A stretch of 63,501 bases of DNA, the filler included, from Octopus bimaculoides (taxonomy: Eukaryota): NCBI RefSeq assembly GCF_001194135.2. It is 8 parts of 6 records of this genome, joined end to end, with 100 filler letters (N's around TTAATTAATTAA, not from the genome) between each part and the next. Parts side by side here need not be neighbours in the genome. Positions count along the whole stretch, not along the records: positions 27,503 to 44,885 come from NC_068990.1; positions 44,986 to 59,233 come from NC_068983.1; 6 more parts are not named here. One strand, 5' to 3'. How positions within the stretch are numbered: position 1 is the stretch's first letter; the number at the start of each line of letters is the position of its first letter. Under the pieces are notes generated by a model. It saw only the letters and a program-made list of their open reading frames with translations, was not told the origin of the DNA and did not search any database. A program made the position numbers and the translations under genes. This document shows positions 41,900 through 53,617 of the stretch, piece after piece.

Positions 41900-42225
41900 T
41901 ACATTTCATGTCCTTTCCAGTTTTGCGCAGGCCTGGGCTAGATGTAAGAAAATCCCGGGTAGCCCAATCGTCAGGATTCCTCCCTCGACCTTGCTGACGT
42001 AGTCCAAAGGAGTGCAGAGCATTACGTTTGGCACCAATTTGGTTGCAGGAGCTGCCGGAAGAATGTTGAATCGAACACTAAACCTTCTACGGGGCTCCAC
42101 TTCGGATTTCTTTGAAGGTTGTCTCCTTTCCGTAACCCTGGATAGGGGCTCATACCGGGTACTTTCAGCCGGAGTCAGCTGAGCCCGGGACTGGTGTCAG
42201 GCAGGGTCGTCACTCCCTGGAGTAG
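41900..42225 (-). mobile_element. GC-rich structured fragment, probably the 5' region of an RTE-type LINE
   Basis: GC-rich island in AT-rich DNA with nested stems. The family assignment rests on recalled resemblance only; there is no ORF. Confidence 0.35.
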
Positions 42226-43196
42226 TGAAGAAAATCGCTACACACTACCTAACACTAACACTAAGATGGGAGATAATGTATATTTTTGTATGCATCCATT
42301 TTATTTACATCTGAAGTTTTCTCTAACATTTTTAATTGCAAAGTCTTTGATCAGATCCTCAAAATTAATGCTACATGACACATCTGCCTCTGTACTTTGT
42401 AGAGATAAGGCATCCCGAATATGATTTTAGCAAGTTGAAATTGATTTTTCTTTTCGTGCCGTAAACCATTTACCATTTCTGCTGTGTCCTCTTTCCTTTC
42501 TGTGGTGTCCTCTTTCCTTTTCCAAAATAAGCCCGTGCTTATTTTGCTTAATGGTTAATCCAGCGCTCACTGTGGCTGTAGTTTCCTGCGACATCGAGGT
42601 ACTTTTACTGTCTTCATGTTGAGTTGTTTTGCTAGGTTACAGGTTTCTACCTTTAGGTACTTTTAAGGATTTTGCAGAATCCAGTAAACCGTTTACTCCG
42701 GGTTGTTTTAGATCTGTGCATGTAACTTAATTGGGTTCCGCAGTATTGCAGTTTTGTATTACCGAAGTCCAATGTGGTGTCTGGTTGAACTAAAAAAAAG
42801 GGTCAAGTCCAGGAACTCCAGAAAGAATACATATAATTGCAGTTTGTATTTCGTCGTCTCTACGCAGTTTTATCGATTTTCTTTTTTTTCTTGTTTTTTT
42901 TTCTTGTTTTCTTTTTTTCGAAGAAAGAAAAACGTGTTTGATTAGTGAGTTCGCTTGCTGTTGGAGTGTGGGCATGTTAGTTCAAGTAGTTATTAGAACA
43001 TTTGATGTTTGGCGATTCTTAAGTTTGATGGTGTCACTAATTATTGATAAAGTATTTTACTGCTGCTTGTTTTGTATCTAATTTTGGATACAAGTGTTGC
43101 TTGTTTTCGACTTTTTCTCTTTTTGTTTGGCGCTGCGTTTTATTTCCGTTTGTGTAATTGAGGGGTTGTATCCTATGTATGTGTGTATGTATGTTT

Positions 43197-43294
<98 letters not shown>

Positions 43295-44074
43295 CTATGT
43301 ATGTATATATATCATACCAGTTACACATGTGAGTTCGAAAAAGCGTTCCATCAGGAAGTTTTACTTGTGTGCATATGTTACATGAAATTGTTATAACAAC
43401 ATGTAATGTAGTGCTGTCGTTGTTAGACTTCTTATACTGATAATTAATTTATATAGAGTTTCATTATTTGTTTTCTCTGCTTTACATTCAATACAAACGA
43501 TGGCTATTTTCTGCCTGTCTTTAGTGTCCTTTCTTCCTTTATTTCCTTGTTGAGTTTCCGACTTCTTTGTGTTAGTTTCGGTGAAGTTGTGTTTTATTTT
43601 TCCGTTGTGTGTTACACTGTATGTTTATATTTCAGGCTGTCACATGTTTCTATTTTACTTCTTTTTCAAGTTGCTAATTCCAGTTGTATAGGCTGACTTT
43701 TGGTGTTTCACAATGCCCTCCTTGTAACCTGTGTGCTTTTACACACTTGCTGCAGATGTACGAGTGTGCATATGCATACAAATATACACGTGTGTGTATA
43801 CGTATGTATATATAAATATATCCATACAGTTGTGTGTGCGTGTGTTTGAATGTATGAGTTTGTATGCGCTTGCATGCTACAATAATTATGTTGATTTTTG
43901 TAAACATGCTACAGTATATATTTTGTGTATGTACTTGTGTTGAATATGTATCGATGTGTTTTGGGTATATTTGTAGCACAATCTCTTTTGAATATTTTTT
44001 TTCTTTCAGAATGAATGAACCTACAATAGCTTTAATCCTGAAACTACATATTCAACGGAGTTTATGTTAAGTAC

Positions 44075-44127
<53 letters not shown>

Positions 44128-44490
44128 CTACTTGTACATATTAGACATTGATTTGCTATTGAACGTTAGTGATTACTGCATGCTTTTTTCCTGTAATTCC
44201 GTCTTTTGTAGAGGTTTTAGCCCTTGGTCCGCTATGACCTATTACATCTATGTGCAAAGAAATATCTGTCTCTACCGTCACATATATCAGATACAGTGTG
44301 CTTTAGATTACATTTTCTTTCGAAGCGGGCTGGTATGGGAGTTAAGATGTTTCCCGTATTATTGGAAGGGAAGATATGATTGTTGTTTCGCGCAGGTCGA
44401 GTGAATTTATAGAGGGTCAAATTCATACATTGTAAAGCCTCAACTGGAGAACTTGGGACAACTGCCTGGAACAAAACATACATGCATAAT

Positions 44491-44543
<53 letters not shown>

Positions 44544-46605
44544 TATTATGTTTAAGTATGTATGTGTATATATATGCATATACGTATATATATATATATA
44601 TATATGTGCATATACTCATTTACTATTTGTTTATATATATATATATATATATACTAGCAGAGGCACCCGGCGTTGCTCGGGAAAGAAATTGTTGCTTATA
44701 TACTTGAATAAAAAAAGGAAAAATATGCTGTATAGAAATTTGAGGACATTCTGTAGATGGACTCTCAGATGAATGATGGCTGGGCGCCTCTCATGAATGG
44801 GGAAAATTGAAGATGTGCCAAAAAGCCTCATTGGTGCTTGGAAACTTCTACAAAAATTAAAATGGGGATCGTTGCCAGTGCCCCTNNNNNNNNNNNNNNN
44901 NNNNNNNNNNNNNNNNNNNNNNNNNNNNNTTAATTAATTAANNNNNNNNNNNNNNNNNNNNNNNNNNNNNNNNNNNNNNNNNNNNTATATATATATATAT
45001 ATTCTTTGGTCGCTCTCGAACACTACTGGTAACATGTAAACCAGTACAACTTGTTGCGTGGCCAGGTCGTCGGCGACTAAACTGGTAACCTCGCCGAGTT
45101 TGGTGAGGAGGGTGATTGTTGGACACCCAGTGGGACGAAAAATAAAACCCGTCAGAAAGGGCGGAGGAACTCATAAGTTGTCAACAGTCATCTAACAATA
45201 TGTGTATATGTATACACACTGTTTTATCTTATCTTATTTATATTTTAAATTTGATGTATTGAATTTCATATATTAGGGAGCAGATGGTGCTCCTTAACCG
45301 TGAAGAAGGCATCCCATCAAGGAGAGGGAGTCTTTGATTGCTGAGGGTCTCCTTAACTGGGCTGTACTATTAGCAAACTCCGACTCATAGGGTAGACTCC
45401 GCTCTCCAACTTGTTTATAGCAGCCTGTGTAGGAGATAGAAACCTCTGAAGAAAAGGCCTAAAGTGTGTTGTCCTTAGTATTGAGGCTCATATGTGCATT
45501 ATATTCTTGCTATCATCACTTCCAAAAAGTGTGGCTGGTTCTACTCAAACATTCAACACTTAAATCAAATTATGGCAGAAATTCAAAAGATAGTGATCAC
45601 GAGAACTGTCCATATTCTACGTAAAATACTGTCTATGTAATCTCAAATTTTATAACAAACTCATATTATTTTTTGTTTCCGTGCTGCAATTGCAGCAAGC
45701 AATTTTGTCAGTGAACAGGTCGCAGTTTCAAAGTTACGAAGATATTTTTGTGTTTTTAAATGACTTACAAGCACCTTCCACACTGCAATTGTTTTAGTTT
45801 CAGAATGCGATCTCAAATCAAGTCACTTGCTATGCAAGTATATCTCCGTACATGTGTATATATATATAATTGTGAAATTTTTTCGCCATGAGCGGTTTGT
45901 GTTTTTAAACGGAATGTATTTTTTCTGATGTTATATTTGTTCCTGAATGATATGTAAAGAAATTTTGATTTAAGCATCTTAATGAATTCTTTATACTGAA
46001 ATATATATTGAAGATAATTATGTTCTTTTGAATTTATACGTTTTTGCGTCGTAACTCCTTTATTATCATTAATATAATCAAAAGGATCGATTCTTGAAGA
46101 GCCTGCATACCTTCACTGTCGTTTTTTTCTGCTATTTTGGTGATGATTTTCTAAGTTAGCTTACCAATTATTTTTGTTGGTAGTTAATTTNNNNNNNNNN
46201 NNNNNNNNNNNNNNNNNNNNNNNNNNNNNNNNNNNNNNNNNNNNNNNNNNNNNNNNNNNNNNNNNNNNNNNNNNNNNNNNNNNNNNNNNNNNNNNNNNNN
46301 NNNNNNNNNNNNNNNNNNNNNNNNNNNNNNNNNNNNNNNNNNNNNNNNNNNNNNNNNNNNNNNNNNNNNNNNNNNNNNNNNNNNNNNNNNNNNNNNNNNN
46401 NNNNNNNNNNNNNNNNNNNNNNNNNNNNNNNNNNNNNNNNNNNNNNNNNNNNNNNNNNNNNNNNNNNNNNNNNNNNNNNNNNNNNNNNNNNNNNNNNNNN
46501 NNNNNNNNNNNNNNNNNNNNNNNNNNNNNNNNNNNNNNNNNNNNNNNNNNNNNNNNNNNNNNNNNNNNNNNNNNNNNNNNNNNNNNNNNNNNNNNNNNNN
46601 NNNNN

Positions 46606-46936
46606 CCAGTGAAATTCTTCACTGATATTGAAAAGGTGAAAACAAGCAATGTTAATTCTCTAAATGAAGTATTAACAGTAACTGCACGATAAAGTGTAGT
46701 ATATTGCCACTTAAGTGTGGCTGACCCCTAGGGGTGGATGTTACTGTTGCTTTTAGCCCCAGGAGGACATCTCCTCCAGCTGGCTTATCGACACACGACT
46801 GTGTCCTGTTTGCCAAGGGAAGTTATCCCTCTCACCTCGATCTGCAGCACGAACGTATCCGGATTTCAGGGTTATTTCCCTTCGTCGGCGTCCGACAGCT
46901 GATGACCTTTTCAATATCAGTGAAGTATTTCACTGG
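46606..46936. repeat. 32-bp inverted repeat pair enclosing about 270 bp
   Basis: 46606-46637 ccagtgaaattcttcactgatattgaaaaggt versus the reverse complement of 46905-46936, with one mismatch. The left arm abuts an N gap. Confidence 0.8.
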
Positions 46937-47454
46937 AAAAGAAGATATAAGTTTGCCAGGTATCTTGTGTGTGTGTGTGTGTGTGTGTGTATGCATGCGT
47001 TTATATATATTCAAGTCGAATAATCGAACATTAAAAATAACAATAACAAAACAAAAGAACGTGCATATGAAATGTATTAGTTTGACGATCGGCAAAAAGA
47101 GACTGTTTGATGTTTTGGACGTAGCTCTTCATGAGAAAGGAAAACGGAAAAGTTCAGAGATGGAAAAATATGACCAACAGTACGTGTGTGGTTACTGTAT
47201 ATGTATGTATAAATATATGTTCTACCCTCGGCACAAGACCTGAAGTTTTGTAGGGATGAATTAGTCGGTTACATTAATCCCAGTATTATATGTATATATA
47301 TATATACATACATATGTATACCTATATGTGCGTCTGTGTGTGTGTGAGTGTGTGAAAACATGGTCACACACACACGCAGACATGCATAGCCTTTTGCATA
47401 TGAACGTATATATTCATACATATGAATATATGCAAATATGTAGATATATGCGAT

Positions 47455-47625
47455 GTAGGTGCTGAAAAATCTCTGGCTTTAAGGGTACAGCGAAAGACCT
47501 GGCTGGAGGTCCAAGAAAAACAGAAGGCCTGCTGCAATAAGTGTGTGAATTTGAGAGAGAAGTCATAATTAACCTGATCCTCCTGTATCTTATTCTACTC
47601 AAAGCCAGGAACTTTTTAGCACTCC

Positions 47626-47630
<5 letters not shown>
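47455..47630. mobile_element. Mariner-type MITE
   Basis: Left gtgctgaaaaatctctggcttt versus right-end reverse complement gtgctaaaaagttcctggcttt. The right end runs into (TA)n. Confidence 0.6.
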
Positions 47631-47661
<31 letters not shown>

Positions 47662-48596
47662 NNNNNNNNNNNNNNNNNNNNNNNNNNNNNNNNNNNNNNN
47701 NNNNNNNNNNNNNNNNNNNNNNNNNNNNNNNNNNNNNNNNNNNNNNNNNNNNNNNNNNNNNNNNNNNNNNNNNNNNNNNNNNNNNNNNNNNNNNNNNNNN
47801 NNNNNNNNNNNNNNNNNNNNNNNNNNNNNNNNNNNNNNNNNNNNNNNNNNNNNNNNNNNNNNNNNNNNNNNNNNNNNNNNNNNNNNNNNNNNNNNNNNNN
47901 NNNNNNNNNNNNNNNNNNNNNNNNNNNNNNNNNNNNNNNNNNNNNNNNNNNNNNNNNNNNNNNNNNNNNNNNNNNNNNNNNNNNNNNNNNNNNNNNNNNN
48001 NNNNNNNNNNNNNNNNNNNNNNNNNNNNNNNNNNNNNNNNNNNNNNNNNNNNNNNNNNNNNNNNNNNNNNNNNNNNNNNNNNNNNNNNNNNNNNNNNNNN
48101 NNNNNNNNNNNNNNNNNNNNNNNNNNNNNNNNNNNNNNNNNNNNNNNNNNNNNNNNNNNNNNNNNNNNNNNNNNNNNNNNNNNNNNNNNNNNNNNNNNNN
48201 NNNNNNNNNNNNNNNNNNNNNNNNNNNNNNNNNNNNNNNNNNNNNNNNNNNNNNNNNNNNNNNNNNNNNNNNNNNNNNNNNNNNNNNNNNNNNNNNNNNN
48301 NNNNNNNNNNNNNNNNNNNNNNNNNNNNNNNNNNNNNNNNNNNNNNNNNNNNNNNNNNNNNNNNNNNNNNNNNNNNNNNNNNNNNNNNNNNNNNNNNNNN
48401 NNNNNNNNNNNNNNNNNNNNNNNNNNNNNNNNNNNNNNNNNNNNNNNNNNNNNNNNNNNNNNNNNNNNNNNNNNNNNNNNNNNNNNNNNNNNNNNNNNNN
48501 NNNNNNNNNNNNNNNNNNNNNNNNNNNNNNNNNNNNNNNNNNNNNNNNNNNNNNNNNNNNNNNNNNNNNNNNNNNNNNNNNNNNNNNNNNNNNNNN

Positions 48597-48627
<31 letters not shown>

Positions 48628-48644
48628 CAGATGTGTGTGCGTGT

Positions 48645-48810
48645 ATACGACGATCTTTTTCCGTTTCAGTGTACGAGATCCACTCACAATGCTTTGGTCG
48701 ACCCGAGGCTATAGTAGAAGACATTTGCCCAAGGTGTCACGTAGTGGGACTGAACCTGGAACTCTGTGGTTGGGAAGTAAGCTTTTTATCACAATACTAC
48801 GCCTGCAGCT
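48645..48810 (-). mobile_element. SINE family 3, head fragment
   Basis: tccactcacaatgctttggtcgacccgaggctatagtagaagacatttgcccaaggtg...gtgggactgaacc. Confidence 0.7.
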
Positions 48811-50323
48811 ATGTATTAGTAACTTGTTCACTGGTTTTTGCACACAAAATATAACTAAACTGAAACAATCGTTAAACCATTTCTAACTCGTTCTAGTAAT
48901 GAGATAAAAATATGAAAACGTTCGTTTACAAGGATATTATTTATGAACGACATATAAGTTTTATTCATTTCAGATTTTATGAATTGTGATGGTACACTTT
49001 AACGGGTTCCACGTGAATTGTTCTGAATAATATCGATGTAATTTAAATTGCTAAACATGTGCGGTAAACATGCCTCGTGCAACCATTTCTGTGGATTAAC
49101 AAACGTTGTGTTCCTTCTAGAGAGCATATGTATTAATTCGAACACGTAGCTTCCAGTATTAATTTTGAAATGGGGTGACATCTACTTTTGGAATCAAATT
49201 TAATGTCGATTCTATGCTAGTAGAAGTTTCTAAGAAATTTGTTTGGAAAGAAGCAGAAAAATATTCATTTGTTTCGCCTGGCATAAAGATAAAATGTTAG
49301 ACAGATATATAAAAAATAAATATATAAGTGAGGGATACTTTAATTACATTAAACCATATTTATTTTACACTAGATACAAAAGCGATAAACTAATATTTAC
49401 ACCAAATAAATATAGTTTATGGAACATATTAAAAATATGAAAACGAGAGAAGCGAATTACTTTTATCTAAATCAAACAGAACATATATTCTATCAAAGGG
49501 AAATGATAAAAAAAGTTAACACGACTTAGATGAATGATGTATGAGTAAGGCAAAGAAATGGCAAGAATAGAAGACAAGATACTATAACAAAATTATGGCG
49601 GATATGTTGAGCAATAAAACTATAGAAAACTGATAAGGATAAATGAAAATAGAGAAGTATACAACTTCAATTATGACAATCTTGCTTTTGGGGAGAAGAA
49701 AGAGAACAATGCATTTTTGAATGTATAATAAAGAAATTTGTGGGAGATATTTTGAGAAGAAATGCGACTATATTACACGAGGAAGTCGGGGGATCGTCGA
49801 CGCGGTTTAGATGTGAGAAAATGTTAGAATTATTGTCGGTATGTATAGATGTATGCTATTGATCTTTCAGTAAATCTTTGTATGTATGTATGTATGCATG
49901 TATGCATGTATGTATGTATGTATGTATGTATGTGTGTATGTATATATGTATATTTTTTAGAAAGACTAGCAGTTAGAGAATAGGATTAAAACATTCTTGC
50001 AGTGTCTAATGTCCAAAAACCATATGTGGATTTACTGCCTGAGTACTTTGTATTTTGTCGAGAGCTCCTCAGAGGAGTCATTCAAGATCTCTCGCTTTCT
50101 CTCTCTCTCCCCCTCTCTCTAGTCAGTTGCACAGAATATAACATAGTCATAAAGTAAACGAAAACCAAAGGGGATAGCTTAATTTACTTATTTATGTTTT
50201 ACACCACTTTGGAAGTTAGCTTAATTTACATATTAGTACCTTTTCAGGTTCATCATTATTAAATAAATGCATGTTTTATGCACAGTCCAGTGCATATCAG
50301 TAATACACACACCTACGCACACG

Positions 50324-51350
50324 TACAGGGTTTGTCAGAATTTTGAAAATAAGAATCATAGTGACCCAAACTGAAACTAAACATCCTGTTTTTCAGTCCT
50401 AACATGCAAGCTCCGAATCTATCGCAGACAACGAAAAGGCGACATACCCTTTGCCTTAGTCTCCAAACATAGTGATTCAGACATTGCAGCCTTCTTAAAT
50501 ATTACCAGGTCCTCGTGTCTAATACCATGTCATCTGGCGGGGAATATATTTTCAGCAATTAAAAAAGAAAACAAAACGTTCTCGATATTCAGACGTTATG
50601 AATTATATCTAGTTTGTCGAGCAAATTCGGGCATTATCAAGAGTAAATCTATGAGTACCATTGCCGGTCATCTTGATATGTTTGAGATATATGAGACATG
50701 TGGTACACGAAGTTATCAGGGAGAAATCTTTTATTACGAGAAGAGGGATGTTCGATAAGATCTGAGAGAACTGAGATATCTGATTGCTGAACAACCTCAA
50801 GCACTCTGGGCAGCTCAAACTGCTCTGGTTCTTTCCAGATTAGAATAAAATTGTGCAAGATCAAAATATGAAAATGCTATACTGAAATCCCCACTGTTAT
50901 GCACGTCAATTTCCCATTGTCTGTGATAATATTGAATATCTTTAGTAATTCCCTCCTTACGATTTTCTGTAGAGTTTTCGAGTAAATGCTGGAGTCTACA
51001 TGGAGACTCTGAGGACAGTTGTCACGCTCTGTATCGAGATTATTGCTCGGAAGAGGCCGTATGTGTTACAGTAAGTCTGGACTACGTTTACACTGCCTGG
51101 ATGACCAAAAATTTTTATGACCATGTTATCGCAACATTTGGCGTCCCAGCTCTCCTGATTTTAACCCACTAGGCTACTATGCCAAATGTGTCTTTTTGAC
51201 GGGGACCAAGCATACATTGAAAGGTCTCATTGATGCCTACTACTGGAGACATTACAGCCACCATGAACAAAGATCAGCTAATCAATACATTTAATCTTTT
51301 CAGAAGCTGTATCGAGGCGGCTGCTATAACTGATGGGGGTTTTAATGAAA
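50324..51350 (+). mobile_element. Degenerate near full-length Tc1/mariner element, maT (DD37D)-like transposase pseudogene
   Basis: TA+CAGGGT-type left end at 50324 and ATG at 50404. Frameshifted pieces read KHSDSDIAAFLNITRSS, VVHEVIREKSFITRRG, LLWFFPD*NK, EIPTVMHVNFP, RVNAGVYMETLRTVV, RPYVLQ*V, IWRPSSPDFNPLGYY and RSCIEAAAITDGGF. These match the FSDEK, QQD and WPPSSPDLNPLDY motifs. Confidence 0.85.
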
Positions 51351-51748
51351 CACCTTCTATCATGTGTATGTAAGAAATGTGTACCAAATTCTGTAAAACG
51401 ATATACATTGTTTTTTTGCAATAAATAATTTTGTTTTCCTGAAATTAAATAATGTTCCCTTACAGCTAACATATCCTCTACAATATATATTTTAGAAAGA
51501 CTAGTCAGGAGAAAAATATAAATCTCAATCTTTCTATGCCTTTCATGTGCGGAAAAATGGGGAGGAAATTGTTTCTGATGCATAGATGTAAATTCTCCAA
51601 AAGGTAAATTATAAACTAGGAACAGTATGTATTTGTACTTAAAACCAGATTTAATATATACAATTACACAATATTATGACATTAACAAACTCTGAAATAC
51701 AAATGGAAATGAGATAATTTATTGCAAACCCATATAAAGATATATTTG

Positions 51749-51889
51749 ACATTATTTACATTTGATGGATATTTGTCCTCATCTAGTTTGTTGTTAACAC
51801 AACGTTTCGGCTGATATACCCTCCAGCCTTCATCAGGTGTCTTGGGTAAATTTCGAACCTGGGTTCCCATTCCTAAGGTATTTTTCGAT
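51749..51889 (-). mobile_element. Short non-autonomous Penelope-type element (terminal-repeat-like), copy 1
   Basis: Reverse complement closely matches 53456-53588 (atcgaaaa.taccttaggaatg.gaacccaggttc...cccaaga.acCTGATGAaggctgg...aaatgtaaataatgt) and contains a hammerhead. Confidence 0.7.
51796..51841 (-). ncRNA. Minimal type I hammerhead ribozyme (Penelope-associated, dimer type)
   Basis: GACAC-CUGAUGA-A-GGCUG(GAGGGUAUAU)CAGCC-GAA-ACGU-U-GUGUU. The core is intact, with a 5-bp stem I, a 5-bp stem II, palindromic ACGU stem III and a GUU cleavage triplet. Confidence 0.8.
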
Positions 51890-51904
51890 GTTATTATTGT
51901 TGTT

Positions 51905-51953
<49 letters not shown>

Positions 51954-51962
51954 TAATAATAA

Positions 51963-52519
51963 ATGCCAGGATGCAGTACCAGGCAGTGGCTCTCATGGCT
52001 TCTCATCTTAATTGGTTGGAAGTGTCATCATGTACATTGTTTTGTCTTGGTATAAAAGATGCGCTACAGCAAATATTCTGCTTAATACCACAGCTTTTCT
52101 TGTCAGTTGTTTGACCTTAATCAGTTGAGCATGTCCCTTGGAGGCTGACGATGTGTGCTCTCAGATCATAAGCAGAAGTAATGGGGTAGCATCATAGCCA
52201 TGTATTGAGAGGAAGTCTTTGGGGTTTGAATAATTCACCTTTGGAAACATAGGTGTTTTGCTAAACATCCTTAAACAGACCTTATTCAGGGACCTTTTGA
52301 GCGGAATGGGCTACTCGACCTGAAGGAAATTCTAACTGGGCCCCACCTGCGAGGTCATGCGCTGTTTATCTTGATATGAGATCACCATGTCACGCACATA
52401 TGGCTGTGATGCATGTGGCTGGTGTACCCTTACCAGATATCGGGCAGTCATGATGGGTATAATGGGCTTCGTATATTTTACCCTAGTGTCACTTTGATGA
52501 CATGCATTACTCTCTCACT
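51963..52519 (+). mobile_element. Element A, copy 2, flanked by (AAT)n on both sides
   Basis: Colinear homology with 29000-29527. No ORF. Confidence 0.75.
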
Positions 52520-52520
52520 A

Positions 52521-52588
<68 letters not shown>

Positions 52589-53440
52589 GCAGAGACTGAA
52601 GGATTTTTAATTGCTGCACAAGACCAGAGCCTCCCCACCAGAAATTACCAAAAACACATAATGAAAAGAAATATAACAAGTAACTGTAGAATATGTGGAG
52701 ATGGACAAGAAACAATAAATCATATTATCTCTNNNNNNNNNNNNNNNNNNNNNNNNNNNNNNNNNNNNNNNNNNNNNNNNNNNNNNNNNNNNNNNNNNNN
52801 NNNNNNNNNNNNNNNNNNNNNNNNNNNNNNNNNNNNNNNNNNNNNNNNNNNNNNNNNNNNNNNNNNNNNNNNNNNNNNNNNNNNNNNNNNNNNNNNNNNN
52901 NNNNNNNNNNNNNNNNNNNNNNNNNNNNNNNNNNNNNNNNNNNNNNNNNNNNNNNNNNNNNNNNNNNNNNNNNNNNNNNNNNNNNNNNNNNNNNNNNNNN
53001 NNNNNNNNNNNNNNNNNNNNNNNNNNNNNNNNNNNNNNNNNNNNNNNNNNNNNNNNNNNNNNNNNNNNNNNNNNNNNNNNNAATACCAGCAGATGACAAC
53101 GTTTCTCTAAAAGAAATGGAAAAACTTTCAAAATACAAAGACCTGGAAATAGAGATAACTCGAATGTGGAATCTAAAAACAGAAACAATTCCTATCATAG
53201 TAGGTGCCTTAGGTATAATAAAAAAATATTCAGACAAATACATAACAAAAACACCAGGACATACAAATATATATAACATACAGAAAATTGCACTATTGGG
53301 TACTGCACACATTCTACACAAAACACTTTCAATACAGTAAACATAAGAGCACCACAGCAAACCACAGCACATACCCAAGGCGCACAGAGCTGCGCTCGGT
53401 AGTGAAGTGAAAGCAAGTTATAAAAATAAAACTACTGAGC
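52589..53440 (+). mobile_element. 5'-truncated Dong/R4-clade non-LTR retrotransposon (CCHC knuckle + restriction-like endonuclease + 3' UTR)
   Basis: ETEGFLIAAQDQSLPTRNYQKHIMKRNITSNCRICGDGQETINHIIS, then an N gap, then IPADDNVSLKEMEKLSKYKDLEIEITRMWNLKTETIPIIVGALG...IQKIALLGTAHILHKTLSIQ* (stop 53338-53340). Flanked by (AAT)n on both sides. Confidence 0.88.
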
Positions 53441-53455
53441 AATAATAATAATAAT

Positions 53456-53617
53456 ATCGAAAATTACCTTAGGAATGAGAACCCAGGTTCCCCAAGATAC
53501 CTGATGAAGGCTGGAGGATATATCAGTCGAAAAGTTGTTTTAACAACAAGCAAGATGAGGTCAAATATCCCTCAAATGTAAATAATGTACATAATTCCTC
53601 TCTTAAATATAGAACTG
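53456..53617 (+). mobile_element. Short non-autonomous Penelope-type element, copy 2 (inverted relative to copy 1)
   Basis: Homologous to 51749-51889 on the opposite strand and starts directly after (AAT)n. Confidence 0.7.
53496..53541 (+). ncRNA. Minimal hammerhead ribozyme, partly degenerate copy
   Basis: GAUAC-CUGAUGA-A-GGCUG(GAGGAUAUAU)CAGUC-GAA-AAGU-U-GUUUU. The core is intact, but the stem III palindrome and stem I are mutated. Confidence 0.6.

Noticed and set aside
42134-42208. HDV-like or twister ribozyme assignment
   Set aside because: P1-like helices exist, but there is no room for P2/P3/L3, no P1.1 GG and no twister pseudoknot pairing. Kept only as an unassigned structure.
49200-49850. 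A-rich stretch that might be an old LINE remnant (similar at 23.4-25.9 and 53.6-55.4 kb)
   Set aside because: No motif could be read with confidence; a translated HMM search would be needed.
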